Positions 38,642-48,373 of a stretch of 64,000 nt of DNA are shown here, piece after piece. The position numbers and the translations under genes were made by a program. The stretch's first letter is position 1. Each line of letters starts with the position of its first letter. The notes beneath the pieces are model-generated. The model saw only the letters and a list, made by a program, of their open reading frames with translations. It did not search any database and had not been told where the DNA came from. The DNA is from an uncultured Methanolobus sp. GTDB lineage: Archaea; Halobacteriota; Methanosarcinia; Methanosarcinales; Methanosarcinaceae. The stretch lies in NCBI GenBank assembly GCA_963675495.1, contig OY776215.1, positions 672,001-736,000 of the forward strand. The letters are read 5' to 3'.

Positions 38642-39493
38642 TCATTGTTTCTTGAAGCACATGAACCAGTCGAGGCAATATGTATCTTCATTTTTTGATT
38701 CCACTCTTTCCTTAGCAGTCCCGCATGAACCCGGTGGCGGAATAATCACATCATCCCCCGGTTGCCAGTTAGCAGGGGTTGCAACATTTTCAGCATCCGA
38801 TCTTTGCATTGCAAGCAATAGTCTCTTGACCTCATCCATATTGCGTCCGTTAGATAGCGGATAATACAAAATGGCCCTTATTTTTGCCTTGGGATCTATC
38901 ATAAACACTGCCCTGACAGCCTGTGTATCTGAGGCATTTGGCTGCACCATGCCAAACTTCTTTGCAATATCCATCTTAAGATCAGCAATGACCGGGAAAG
39001 TAATTTCCACTTCTTTCATGCCCTTATATTCTATTTTTTCCTTGATGGTCCGAAGCCATGCAATATGGGCATAGATACTGTCAATGGAAAGGCCCAAAAG
39101 CTCAGCATTGAGTTCCCTGAACTCTTCCTGCATACTTGCAAAGGTCATGAACTCCGTGGTACATACTGGCGTGAAATCTGCAGGATGACTAAAAAAGATT
39201 ACCCACTTACCCTTATAGTCCCTTGGGAAATTTATCGCACCAGCTGTTGTCTCAGCAGTAAATGATGGTGCACTATCACCTATCAAAGGCATATACACAG
39301 GCTGGGATGAGGTTTTATCACTCATTCCGGACTTTATCTTCTTCATACTGCTGTCAAGATATTCATTGATATCCTTCACCTGCTTATCAAATTCCTTTTC
39401 CAGTTCCAGGTCCTTTATGTTCCTGGAAATGTACGCTTTCATATCCATAAACTGGTCTTCAAGATACTTTTTAGTGTCCTTTTTCTCATCCAC
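38642..39493 (-). CDS. Peroxiredoxin (archaeal Prx6/AhpC type) with ~65-aa N-terminal extension
   Basis: FSHPADFTPVCTTE, GRNMDEV, TPANWQPG, C-terminal C.DWFMC. GGTGA SD before GTG 39493. Confidence 0.9.
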   Translation of the reverse strand: MDEKKDTKKYLEDQFMDMKAYISRNIKDLELEKEFDKQVKDINEYLDSSMKKIKSGMSDKTSSQPVYMPLIGDSAPSFTAETTAGAINFPRDYKGKWVIFFSHPADFTPVCTTEFMTFASMQEEFRELNAELLGLSIDSIYAHIAWLRTIKEKIEYKGMKEVEITFPVIADLKMDIAKKFGMVQPNASDTQAVRAVFMIDPKAKIRAILYYPLSNGRNMDEVKRLLLAMQRSDAENVATPANWQPGDDVIIPPPGSCGTAKERVESKNEDTYCLDWFMCFKKQ

Positions 39494-39734
39494 TTTAAAT
39501 CACCATTCTAATGAAGTATAAACTACAGGAACGGACTAAAAAATAATGAACATCCCATACTCCACTAATAATTAAGGCATTTTAAGATAAGAACTTGACT
39601 CTTGTGTAGCTAATTGTTATACAGTTAGTGAGTGAAGTGCAACACTTGACAATAAATTATAAATACACTAATATACAAGGATATACTGAATCTTTTATAA
39701 AAATACCAAACTACGAACAGGTCATCTCAGAAAA

Positions 39735-42700
39735 ATGACAAAAAGAGATTACATTTCCGAGGATGAACCGTCTAATATACCAAAAGAAAACAACGATGGT
39801 TTTGAGAAGCTCGTCGATGAATTACCCCTTGGAATGCTTGCATGCGACAGGGAAGGAAACATCACCACAGTAAACGATTTTCTACTGGATCTATTGAATT
39901 CACCCTCAGCTGATGCCACAAAAAAAATCAATTTGCTGACTTTCCCGCCTCTTGTAGAAGCCGGAATTTCTAAAATTGTTGAAGAAACCCTTAACAATGG
40001 TAAGAATACTTCCTTGGAAGGACCTTACAGATCTAAGTGGAAAAAAGAGCTTTTCCTTAGTTTTAAGGCATTCCCAAAAAAGAATGAGTATGGACATATT
40101 TGCGGATGTTATGCTATTGTTGAAGACATCACAAGTAGAAGAAAAGCAAACATTGAGTTTGAGCAAAATAAACACAAAGACGAACTTATATCAAAAATAT
40201 CAAGTCGTTTTATTAACAGCAACTTCAAGGGAATAGATAGTGATATCAACAAGACCCTTAAGGATCTGACAGATTTTGTTGGTGCGGACATTGTAGCTCT
40301 GTTCAGTGTTCATGAAAATACAGGTTACATTGTTAAAACACATGAATGGCACATTGAAGGAGTAATATCCAAAATACCACTCAATGAGAAATGGGATACT
40401 GAAAAGATTGTGTTTAAGCAATTAAGTAATTCACAGATAATAAGTATCCCTGACACCGATAAAATATCTGAAAAAAATACACATATACAGGAAATTCTGC
40501 AAGATCTTGAAATAAAGTCTATTGCAATGATTCCTCTTTCACACCATGGTGCTTTTAAAGGTTTTATTGGAGCAATTTCAAAAAACAAGAAAACGGATTG
40601 GAATGACAATAATCTATATGTCCTGAAAATTGTCGGAGATATGATAGTGAATATCATCGACCGTCAAAATACAGAAAGACTGCTTCTTAAAAAAGAAGAA
40701 GAATATGAGAAAATTATCCATTCTATAGATTCAATAGTATGGAAAGTTGTCTTTGATAAAGAAGGAAACACCCTGAAAACCTATATTGCAGAATCGGTGG
40801 ACAGAATACTGGGACTACCGGATGGCACTATAGCTACTGATTGGGATAAGTATTTAGATTATATACACCCGGAAGACCTCCAAAGAGTGATAGATAAAAT
40901 TGCATTGTCATTTAAAAACCCCGGCACTTCTTTGAATGCGGATTATAGGATGTTAGTTGATGATGGAAGGATAATCTGGATGAATTCCACAGGCAACTCT
41001 TATCTGCAGGATGATGGCACTTTTCTGACCCATGGGACCTCGGTTAATATTACAGAACGCAAAATAGCTGAAAATAAACTGCGTGAAAGTGAAGCTCTTC
41101 TGAATGAAGTTGGTAGAATTGCAAAAATCGGAGGATGGGAGTTAAATGTAGCATCAGGTACGATTACATTGACACCTGAAGTTGCAAGTATCCATGAAAC
41201 AGATAAAGTGGATAATCTTCAGGGAGGATTGGGTCATTTTCCCCAGGGCTCAAGAGAGATCCTTGAAAAAGCAATAAATGATGCTGTTGAAAAATGCGAA
41301 CCATATGATCATGAACTGGAGTTTATCTCAGCAAAAGATAACCATAAATGGGTCAGGGCAATTGGCCGTCCGGTAATAGAAGATGGTAAAGTTGAGAAAT
41401 TGATTGGTACATTGCAGGACATAACAGAACGTAAAGAAGCCGAAATAAAACTGGAACGCAATGAGATAAAATACCATGCTCTTTTCGAACAGTCAAATGA
41501 TGCTATATTCCTGAACGAACTTGATGGACAAATAGTAGACATAAATAAAAAAGCCTGCGAAATGTTTGGATACACACGAGAAAAGCTTCAGAACATGAAT
41601 GTTGTAGAGCTTTTGGCTCCAGAACAGATTGACTCCGCAAGTTTAGGAATGCAGCAATTCAGAGATAATGGCTTTGTGCATATGTACCCATTGTACATAA
41701 AAGCAAACGGTGAAACCTTTGATGCGGAGGTCAATGCTAAGGTTCTTGAAGGATACCCTGATTTGGGTCTGGCTATCGTAAAGGATATCAGTGAGCAGAA
41801 AAAAATAGAAGAGAAAATAATTAGAAGTGAGACAAAATACAGGAGCCTTTTTGAAAAATCTAACGATGCCATAATGATTCACGACCTTAACGGAAAAATA
41901 CTGGAAGCTAATGACAGAGCCTGCGAAATGTTCGGTTATAGTGAGGAAGAATTAAAACAAAGATCGATGATGGACCTGACATTACCAGAAGACAGGGAAG
42001 ACATTAAATCAAGATTTCAGAAAATCAAAACAGAAGGTTACTGCCGTAGGGAAAACAAAATGCTTCGCTCAGATGGAAGTTTGATATATGTAGATGTTAG
42101 TGCTTCATTGCTCAAAACACAACAAGATACAGTCCAGACAGTAGGAAGGGACATAACAGACAGAGTACTAACAGAAGCCGCTGCCATCAATGCAAAAATA
42201 GAGGCAGAGACAGCAAGTCGTGCAAAGAGCGAATTTCTTGCCAACATGAGTCATGAGATACGCACACCATTGAACTCCATTATTGGCTTCTCAGATGTTA
42301 TGATCAATGGTATTGCAGGAGAGCTGATTCCAAAGCAGGAACAGTATATGCAACATATTTCCGACAGTGGACATCATTTACTAAATCTTATCAATGACAT
42401 CCTTGACATTTCAAAAGTAGAAGCAGGAAAGATGGAGCTACATTTTGAGATGATCGATGTACCAACCTCAATGAATGAAATTATTACTATGATGCAGTCG
42501 CTTACATTCATAAAAAACATTAAAGTTAATGCGAATATAGGCGAAAATGTCCCGAATATACGAGCAGACAGGTCAAAGTTTAAACAGATAATGTATAACC
42601 TAATAGGAAATGCAATTAAGTTCACCAATGATGAAGGTGAGATTAACATCCTTGCAAATGTTGAAGGTTCTAAACTGCTTGTTTCTGTTATCGACAACGG

Positions 42701-42917
42701 AATCGGAATTTGCCGGGAAGATATGAGTAAACTGTTCAAACCTTTCAGCCAGATAGATTCATTTGCTTCAACTGATTATCAAGGGACCGGACTTGGACTT
42801 GCATTAGTCAAAGAACTGGTTGAACTGCATGGTGGAAAAGTATGGGCTCAGAGTGAACTCGGGAAAGGAAGTAACTTTACATTTGAATTACCAATAGACA
42901 ATAAAGAGCAGGAATAA
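39735..42917 (+). CDS. Cytoplasmic multi-PAS/GAF sensor histidine kinase
   Basis: Repeated PAS/PAC (DITERK); HisKA EFLANMSHEIRTPL; HATPase NLIGNAIKF, DNGIGI, GTGLGL; no receiver domain. Confidence 0.93.
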   Translation: MTKRDYISEDEPSNIPKENNDGFEKLVDELPLGMLACDREGNITTVNDFLLDLLNSPSADATKKINLLTFPPLVEAGISKIVEETLNNGKNTSLEGPYRSKWKKELFLSFKAFPKKNEYGHICGCYAIVEDITSRRKANIEFEQNKHKDELISKISSRFINSNFKGIDSDINKTLKDLTDFVGADIVALFSVHENTGYIVKTHEWHIEGVISKIPLNEKWDTEKIVFKQLSNSQIISIPDTDKISEKNTHIQEILQDLEIKSIAMIPLSHHGAFKGFIGAISKNKKTDWNDNNLYVLKIVGDMIVNIIDRQNTERLLLKKEEEYEKIIHSIDSIVWKVVFDKEGNTLKTYIAESVDRILGLPDGTIATDWDKYLDYIHPEDLQRVIDKIALSFKNPGTSLNADYRMLVDDGRIIWMNSTGNSYLQDDGTFLTHGTSVNITERKIAENKLRESEALLNEVGRIAKIGGWELNVASGTITLTPEVASIHETDKVDNLQGGLGHFPQGSREILEKAINDAVEKCEPYDHELEFISAKDNHKWVRAIGRPVIEDGKVEKLIGTLQDITERKEAEIKLERNEIKYHALFEQSNDAIFLNELDGQIVDINKKACEMFGYTREKLQNMNVVELLAPEQIDSASLGMQQFRDNGFVHMYPLYIKANGETFDAEVNAKVLEGYPDLGLAIVKDISEQKKIEEKIIRSETKYRSLFEKSNDAIMIHDLNGKILEANDRACEMFGYSEEELKQRSMMDLTLPEDREDIKSRFQKIKTEGYCRRENKMLRSDGSLIYVDVSASLLKTQQDTVQTVGRDITDRVLTEAAAINAKIEAETASRAKSEFLANMSHEIRTPLNSIIGFSDVMINGIAGELIPKQEQYMQHISDSGHHLLNLINDILDISKVEAGKMELHFEMIDVPTSMNEIITMMQSLTFIKNIKVNANIGENVPNIRADRSKFKQIMYNLIGNAIKFTNDEGEINILANVEGSKLLVSVIDNGIGICREDMSKLFKPFSQIDSFASTDYQGTGLGLALVKELVELHGGKVWAQSELGKGSNFTFELPIDNKEQE

Positions 42918-43029
42918 GTATCAATTGCTCCTGTCAGAATAAATAGTGACTTTATTAAGCTTAACTATATGTTTCCACCAGCATAAATGCTGTAAAATAA
43001 ATGAAAACTAATTTTTCTTAAGGAAAGTG

Positions 43030-43133
43030 ACCCTGGCAAAGCCAGGGTAACTCTGGAAGTGGGACGTTGTGGAGTTTGAAGGAGGTAGTTGATGGATATT
43101 CGAATTGACCCACATCCGCAAATGCTCCAGAGT
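43030..43133 (-). ncRNA. Candidate anti-SD small RNA (element B)
   Basis: GC-rich island. Closing stem ACTCTGGA/TCCAGAGT, internal CUACCUCCUU, 3' hairpin ACCCTGGC-aaa-GCCAGGGT; minus-strand TTATAGAA 31 nt upstream. Confidence 0.55.
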
Positions 43134-43416
43134 AATAATACTCTGACAATTTGTCGTTCTATAATTACTAGTATATACATGTATCGTGAAAATATAAATA
43201 CAGTAGACATTATTTATAATTGTGCAACAAAATAGACAACTGTATTGTAAACCAGTATATAAACAAGAGTAAACATATTAGAATTTCTGTAAATAATTCA
43301 TAAAACAAACAAACTCACGCACACCCTTCAAACTTATTATATGATAACAATAACCACAACTCTTATGTATCTACAGAAAATAGTTTAGACAAATTTGGGA
43401 AGAGGAAGAAGCAAAT

Positions 43417-44049
43417 ATGGACAATACTGCTTTTTTGATATATGCGTTAAGTTCTCTTTTCGTTATAGTCAGCCCGATTGGCGGAGTTATCACATTTGTT
43501 TCACTGACAAGTGATATGAAGGTGGATGAAAAAAACGCAGTCGGCACAAAATCCGTAATCCTTGCCTGTATCATTGCTTTATTTTTCGCCGTGACAGGAG
43601 AAATGATACTGAACTTTTTCGGAGTGAGCATTGACGCATTAAGAGTCGCTGGTGGAGTACTCCTTTTTACTGTGGCTTTTGATATGATACTGGCAAAGGT
43701 TTCCCGTGAAAGTATCACAGACACAGAAATAAACAAATCAATGGACCGTAGCGATATATGGATATTCCCCATTAGTCTACCGCTTTTAACAGGTCCGGGC
43801 ACCATTACCACTGTAATAGTTCTTATGGGAAGTGCATCCTCAATATTACAAAACATGTCAGTCCTGTTTGCAATTATTGTCACTTTTGCTATAACCGGGA
43901 TATTGTTCCATTTTTCCAGAAGAGTATACAAATTCCTTGGACATACCGGGATGCTGGTATTTACAAGGATTATGGGATTGTTGCTTGCAGCAATGGCTGT
44001 AAATTTCATTTCCCTTGGACTCTGGAATATTTATACATCATTTCAGTGA
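43417..44049 (+). CDS. MarC-family membrane protein
   Basis: LFVIVSPIG, FG.SI.ALR.AGG, FPISLPLLTGPG.I, RIMGLLLAA.AV. Confidence 0.93.
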   Translation: MDNTAFLIYALSSLFVIVSPIGGVITFVSLTSDMKVDEKNAVGTKSVILACIIALFFAVTGEMILNFFGVSIDALRVAGGVLLFTVAFDMILAKVSRESITDTEINKSMDRSDIWIFPISLPLLTGPGTITTVIVLMGSASSILQNMSVLFAIIVTFAITGILFHFSRRVYKFLGHTGMLVFTRIMGLLLAAMAVNFISLGLWNIYTSFQ

Positions 44050-44123
44050 TACCTATTTGTAGCTGTAGGGAAGCATAACAATCACAATGATTTTATCTGA
44101 TAATATCATAAACCTGATAGAGT

Positions 44124-46850
44124 GTGAGTGACGAAGTGCCGGAAGAAAGGGGCTTTCAATGCAAATCAAAAGGTGATGAACATAGTGTTCCACTAGAAGA
44201 TATTTTAAAAAGAATCAATACAACAGCTGAAGGCTTATCTTCTGAAGAGGCAGTTCGAAGAATTGATCTGTGTGGAAGGAACGTTTTTGAAGAAACTGGA
44301 AAGGAAAGTGTCCTTGCCAAGTACTTCAAACAGTATAAGAACTTTTTTTCTCTTCTACTTTTATTTGGTTCTACACTCTCATTTATTGCTGAGTGGCTTG
44401 ACCCGGGACAGGGTAATATTTTCATAGCCATAGCCTTGCTTGGGGTTGTGATACTCAACGGCAGTTTCACATTCGTCCAGGAATACCAGGCCGAAAGGAT
44501 AATGGCAAGTTTCAAGAACCTCATACCGCCAAAAGCCCGGGTAATTCGAAACGGGAAGATCACAGAGATACTTGCCACCGAAATTGTAGTGGGTGATGTA
44601 GTCTATCTTGAAGAAGGTGACAAAATACCTGCAGACGGCAGGGTCATCGAAGAGAACTCACTTAAAGTTGACAACTCACCAATAACGGGAGAAGCTGAGC
44701 CGCAACTACGTTCCCTGGACTGCACACATCCCAGTATACTGGAGTGCAGGAACATGGTATTCTCAGGAACACTTGTCCAGACAGGGAATGGCAAGGCCAT
44801 TGTTGTTGGCACTGGTTCGGATACACAGATAGGTAAACTGGCGGCTCTGACAGAACAAACATCTTCCGTAGATACACCCATTCGAAAAGAACTCAATCAT
44901 TTTATCAAGATCATTTCTGCAATCGCAATCTTTCTTGGGGTTTCCTTTTTCCTGGTAGGTTTTCTCATTCAGGATACATTTCTGTCAAATCTCATCTTTG
45001 CCATTGGAATTATCGTTGCGAATGTACCTGAAGGACTTCTGCCAACGGTAACACTTGCCCTAAGCCTTTCATCAAAGAGAATGGCAAAAAGAAATGCCCT
45101 TATAAAACAACTGGAATCCGTTGAAACTCTTGGATCCACAACTGTTATCTGTACTGATAAAACAGGAACCCTCACACAGAACAAGATGGCCATACATTCT
45201 GTTTATACCGGCACCAAGCATCTTGATGTGGAAAAAAAGACACCTCCGGCGGAGATTTTTTTGCGTGTGGCCACTATATGTAACAATTCAAGGCTCACTG
45301 AAGAAAAACCCGGATACAAAGGAGACCCCACAGAAGGTTCTTTGCTCGTATATGCCAGCAGGTTCACAGATATCGAGCAAATGAAGGGGGACTATCCTCG
45401 GCTAGAAGAATATCCTTTTGATTCCAAAAAACAGAGAATGCAGGTAGTCTGTAAAACACCAACCGGGGAAATAGAATCATACCTAAAAGGAGCACCTGAA
45501 GTAATCATTGACATGTGTGACCATATACTTATCGAAGGAAATGAGGAAATACTCGACGAAAAACGAAAACATGTCCTTGAAGAAGAACACATTGTCATGG
45601 CAAAGAAAGGAGAAAGAGTACTTGCCTTTGCTTACAGGAAAGCGGACAACGCAAACGAATGTGAGGATTGTTTCACCTTCATTGCATTTGCAGGTGCTGT
45701 GGATCCACCTCGTCCGGAAGCAAAAGAAGCCATCAAAAAATGCCATCTTGCCGGCATCAAGGTTGTTATGATAACAGGTGACCATCCGGTCACTGCACGT
45801 TCCATAGCTTCAACCGTGGGTCTCACCAATGACCACGAAGAGCCAGAATTGATCACTGGTACGGAACTCGAGGAACTCTCAACAGAAGAGCTTACACAAA
45901 GAATGAAAGCTCCAAGCATTGTATTTGCACGTACGTCCCCTGTGCAGAAACTCAAGATAGTGCGCGCTTTCCAGACAGCAGGCGAAATAGTAACAATGAC
46001 CGGAGATGGTGTAAATGATGCACCTGCCATGAAGAATGCAGACATGGGAGTTGCCATGGGAAGCGGTACGGACGTTGCAAGGGAAGCAGCGGACATGGTA
46101 TTGCTCGATGATAACTTTGCAACCATTGTCAATGCGATAGAAGAGGGCAGGACTGTATTTGATAACATAAAGAAGTTCATAGCTTACATCCTCACTAGCA
46201 ATGTTCCTGAAATATTGCCATTTATCGCCTTTGTGCTTTTGGCACTTCCATTGCCAATGAACGTACAGCTCATCCTTGCCATAGACCTTGGAACTGACAT
46301 AATTCCGGCATTGTCCCTTGCAGTTGAAAAAGGAGAGGGAGATATAATGAAACGCCCTCCACGTCCCAGAGAAGAAAAACTGTTGACACCTCAGGTACTG
46401 CTTACGTCCTACGGGATCAAAGGACCTATTGAAGCTGCTGCCGGATTTGCATGTTATTTTGCAGTACTGTTCGATGGCGGATGGACATGGGGACAGCAAC
46501 TCCCATTCACAGACACTCTTTACATGCAGGCCATAACAGCCTTCTTTGCAGCTGTCATTGTCTGTCAGATAGCAAACGTATTCACATCAAGGACCAGACG
46601 ACAATCAATATTTACAAAAGGACTTTTCAGCAACCGTATGGTGCTTCTTGGCATAGCCAGTGAGCTTCTGATACTTGCCTTCATCGTCTACAACCCACTG
46701 GTAAACCTTGTATTCAACACAGCAGCAATATCAATGAAATATGTACTCATCGCAGTACCATTTGCACTGCTTCTGCTGGGAGTGGACGAATTCAGAAAGT
46801 ATGCCATCAGGAAAGACTCACCATTTGTTACCCGCTTCTTCAAATGGTAA
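44124..46850 (+). CDS. P-type cation ATPase, Na+/K+-ATPase-like (P2C-type)
   Basis: DKTGTLT, KGAPE, TGDH, MTGDGVND; TM motifs ANVPEGLL, YILTSNVPE, ILAIDLGTD. Confidence 0.92.
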   Translation: MSDEVPEERGFQCKSKGDEHSVPLEDILKRINTTAEGLSSEEAVRRIDLCGRNVFEETGKESVLAKYFKQYKNFFSLLLLFGSTLSFIAEWLDPGQGNIFIAIALLGVVILNGSFTFVQEYQAERIMASFKNLIPPKARVIRNGKITEILATEIVVGDVVYLEEGDKIPADGRVIEENSLKVDNSPITGEAEPQLRSLDCTHPSILECRNMVFSGTLVQTGNGKAIVVGTGSDTQIGKLAALTEQTSSVDTPIRKELNHFIKIISAIAIFLGVSFFLVGFLIQDTFLSNLIFAIGIIVANVPEGLLPTVTLALSLSSKRMAKRNALIKQLESVETLGSTTVICTDKTGTLTQNKMAIHSVYTGTKHLDVEKKTPPAEIFLRVATICNNSRLTEEKPGYKGDPTEGSLLVYASRFTDIEQMKGDYPRLEEYPFDSKKQRMQVVCKTPTGEIESYLKGAPEVIIDMCDHILIEGNEEILDEKRKHVLEEEHIVMAKKGERVLAFAYRKADNANECEDCFTFIAFAGAVDPPRPEAKEAIKKCHLAGIKVVMITGDHPVTARSIASTVGLTNDHEEPELITGTELEELSTEELTQRMKAPSIVFARTSPVQKLKIVRAFQTAGEIVTMTGDGVNDAPAMKNADMGVAMGSGTDVAREAADMVLLDDNFATIVNAIEEGRTVFDNIKKFIAYILTSNVPEILPFIAFVLLALPLPMNVQLILAIDLGTDIIPALSLAVEKGEGDIMKRPPRPREEKLLTPQVLLTSYGIKGPIEAAAGFACYFAVLFDGGWTWGQQLPFTDTLYMQAITAFFAAVIVCQIANVFTSRTRRQSIFTKGLFSNRMVLLGIASELLILAFIVYNPLVNLVFNTAAISMKYVLIAVPFALLLLGVDEFRKYAIRKDSPFVTRFFKW

Positions 46851-46867
46851 TCATATAATGATCTTTA

Positions 46868-47719
46868 TCATTTCTTTTTATGGAAAACCACTTCAGTATG
46901 AGGATACGCTATTTCCACATCATCGGATACTCTTATCCGGTCAAATATCTCCTTTGTGATCTTCGTGGAATACACATTGAGCTGTCGTGCCGGAGAAAAG
47001 TACTTAATGTGAACATCTATCCCACTTGCCTGAAATTCAAGCTTTATATGAGGACTTCCAGGACTTGTGCTGATAATACCTGCAAGGAACTTACGAGCTG
47101 CAAGATCAACTATTTCAATTGCGTGGTCAAGGTTGCTCTCGTAGGTCACATTAACTATCACACTGTCCAGAACAAAATCATTGTTTGAAGTATAATTGAT
47201 GATATTCTTCTCAAAAAGCATCCAGTTTGGAACCATGACCATTCGCCCTGAGTTCTCCTCATCCCCGATCAGACCTCCTATTTCCATCACATGCACATGC
47301 GTCAGATTGATATCGATAACATCACCTTTCACATCACCTACGATTATCCTGTCACCTATATCAAAAGGCCTTTTAGTGACAACCATAGCCCAGGCAGCTA
47401 TACCCGAGATAGGCTTCTGAAGAGCAAAACCCATGGCTGCTGAAAGTAGACCGAGGAACACGCCAAATCCGGACCATGCACCGGAGGATGAAAGAACTGC
47501 AAAGAATACGATCAAAAGAGATAAAAAATATCTGAATATCTGACTGAATATCTTAATGTTGGAACTTTGTTTCTTCGTCTTTGCCTTAAGAAGAAGCTTT
47601 TTCTTTAGTAGCTCAATAGAAATACTAAGCAGGACCAAGAGTAAAATTACTACAATAGCTGTTGCGCTAATGTATAGTAATTTGTCTATATCTATGATGT
47701 CCTGCAAATTTAATTCCAT
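46868..47719 (-). CDS. Small-conductance mechanosensitive channel (MscS family)
   Basis: GFALQKPIS, RPFDIGDRI.VG..GDV..I, V.VPN, IAYPH. Confidence 0.9.
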   Translation of the reverse strand: MELNLQDIIDIDKLLYISATAIVVILLLVLLSISIELLKKKLLLKAKTKKQSSNIKIFSQIFRYFLSLLIVFFAVLSSSGAWSGFGVFLGLLSAAMGFALQKPISGIAAWAMVVTKRPFDIGDRIIVGDVKGDVIDINLTHVHVMEIGGLIGDEENSGRMVMVPNWMLFEKNIINYTSNNDFVLDSVIVNVTYESNLDHAIEIVDLAARKFLAGIISTSPGSPHIKLEFQASGIDVHIKYFSPARQLNVYSTKITKEIFDRIRVSDDVEIAYPHTEVVFHKKK

Positions 47720-47763
47720 TAAACCATTCCATCAATAAATGATTCAAAAATGAAAGAACAGGG

Positions 47764-48285
47764 TTATTCTTTCTTTCCAAGCTTCTTGATCATTCCCTTT
47801 ATGTCAGAAGCTAGATCCTCTGCTTCCTTACCAGTTGCTTGAGCCAGTTCTTTGACTTTATCTACTATTTCCCCTGCGTCTTCCTTAAAATCGACAGACT
47901 TTATCGAAGCAGTGATCTTCTTGATTAGGTCCACTATTTCTTCTGTGATATTTGCAGCTTCATCACCTGTCACTTCGATAAGTGAATCCAGTCCGGCATT
48001 TACTTTATCGTAGTTCCTTCCAAGATTTACCTTCTCTGCAAGGACATCAAGCTCCTCACCAAGATCAGAAGCCAAATGCTTGGCTCCATCCCCGGTCTTT
48101 CTGGCAAGATCATCAATACCTTCAAACATTTTTTCCATGTCGTCACGAAGGTCTATGCTTTTAACGTCACCTACTATTTTTTTTATAGATGATTTTGCAC
48201 TGTTGCCAATCTTTTCTGCCTCATTACCAGTCTTATCAACGAGTTGATTCATTTCACCTGTTATTTTTCGAATAGTTTCTTTCAC
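47764..48285 (-). CDS. Amphipathic helical repeat protein (apolipoprotein/LEA-like)
   Basis: GGAGGGG SD; four ~44-aa repeats carrying L...TG.EA..(I/L); no hydrophobic segment. Confidence 0.7.
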   Translation of the reverse strand: MKETIRKITGEMNQLVDKTGNEAEKIGNSAKSSIKKIVGDVKSIDLRDDMEKMFEGIDDLARKTGDGAKHLASDLGEELDVLAEKVNLGRNYDKVNAGLDSLIEVTGDEAANITEEIVDLIKKITASIKSVDFKEDAGEIVDKVKELAQATGKEAEDLASDIKGMIKKLGKKE

Positions 48286-48373
48286 GATGACCCCCTCCCG
48301 AGTCTAAACATATTAGATTTTTTAAGTTATTAAATATATCGTAATCAGTGATTGAAACTGTAACAGACAATTA

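Noticed and set aside
43371-44009. Long antisense ORFs (this one, 25751-26305, 45632-46180, 45879-46499, 53726-54316, 32622-33122 and others)
   Set aside because: They are shadows of well-supported genes on the opposite strand with no recognisable motifs.
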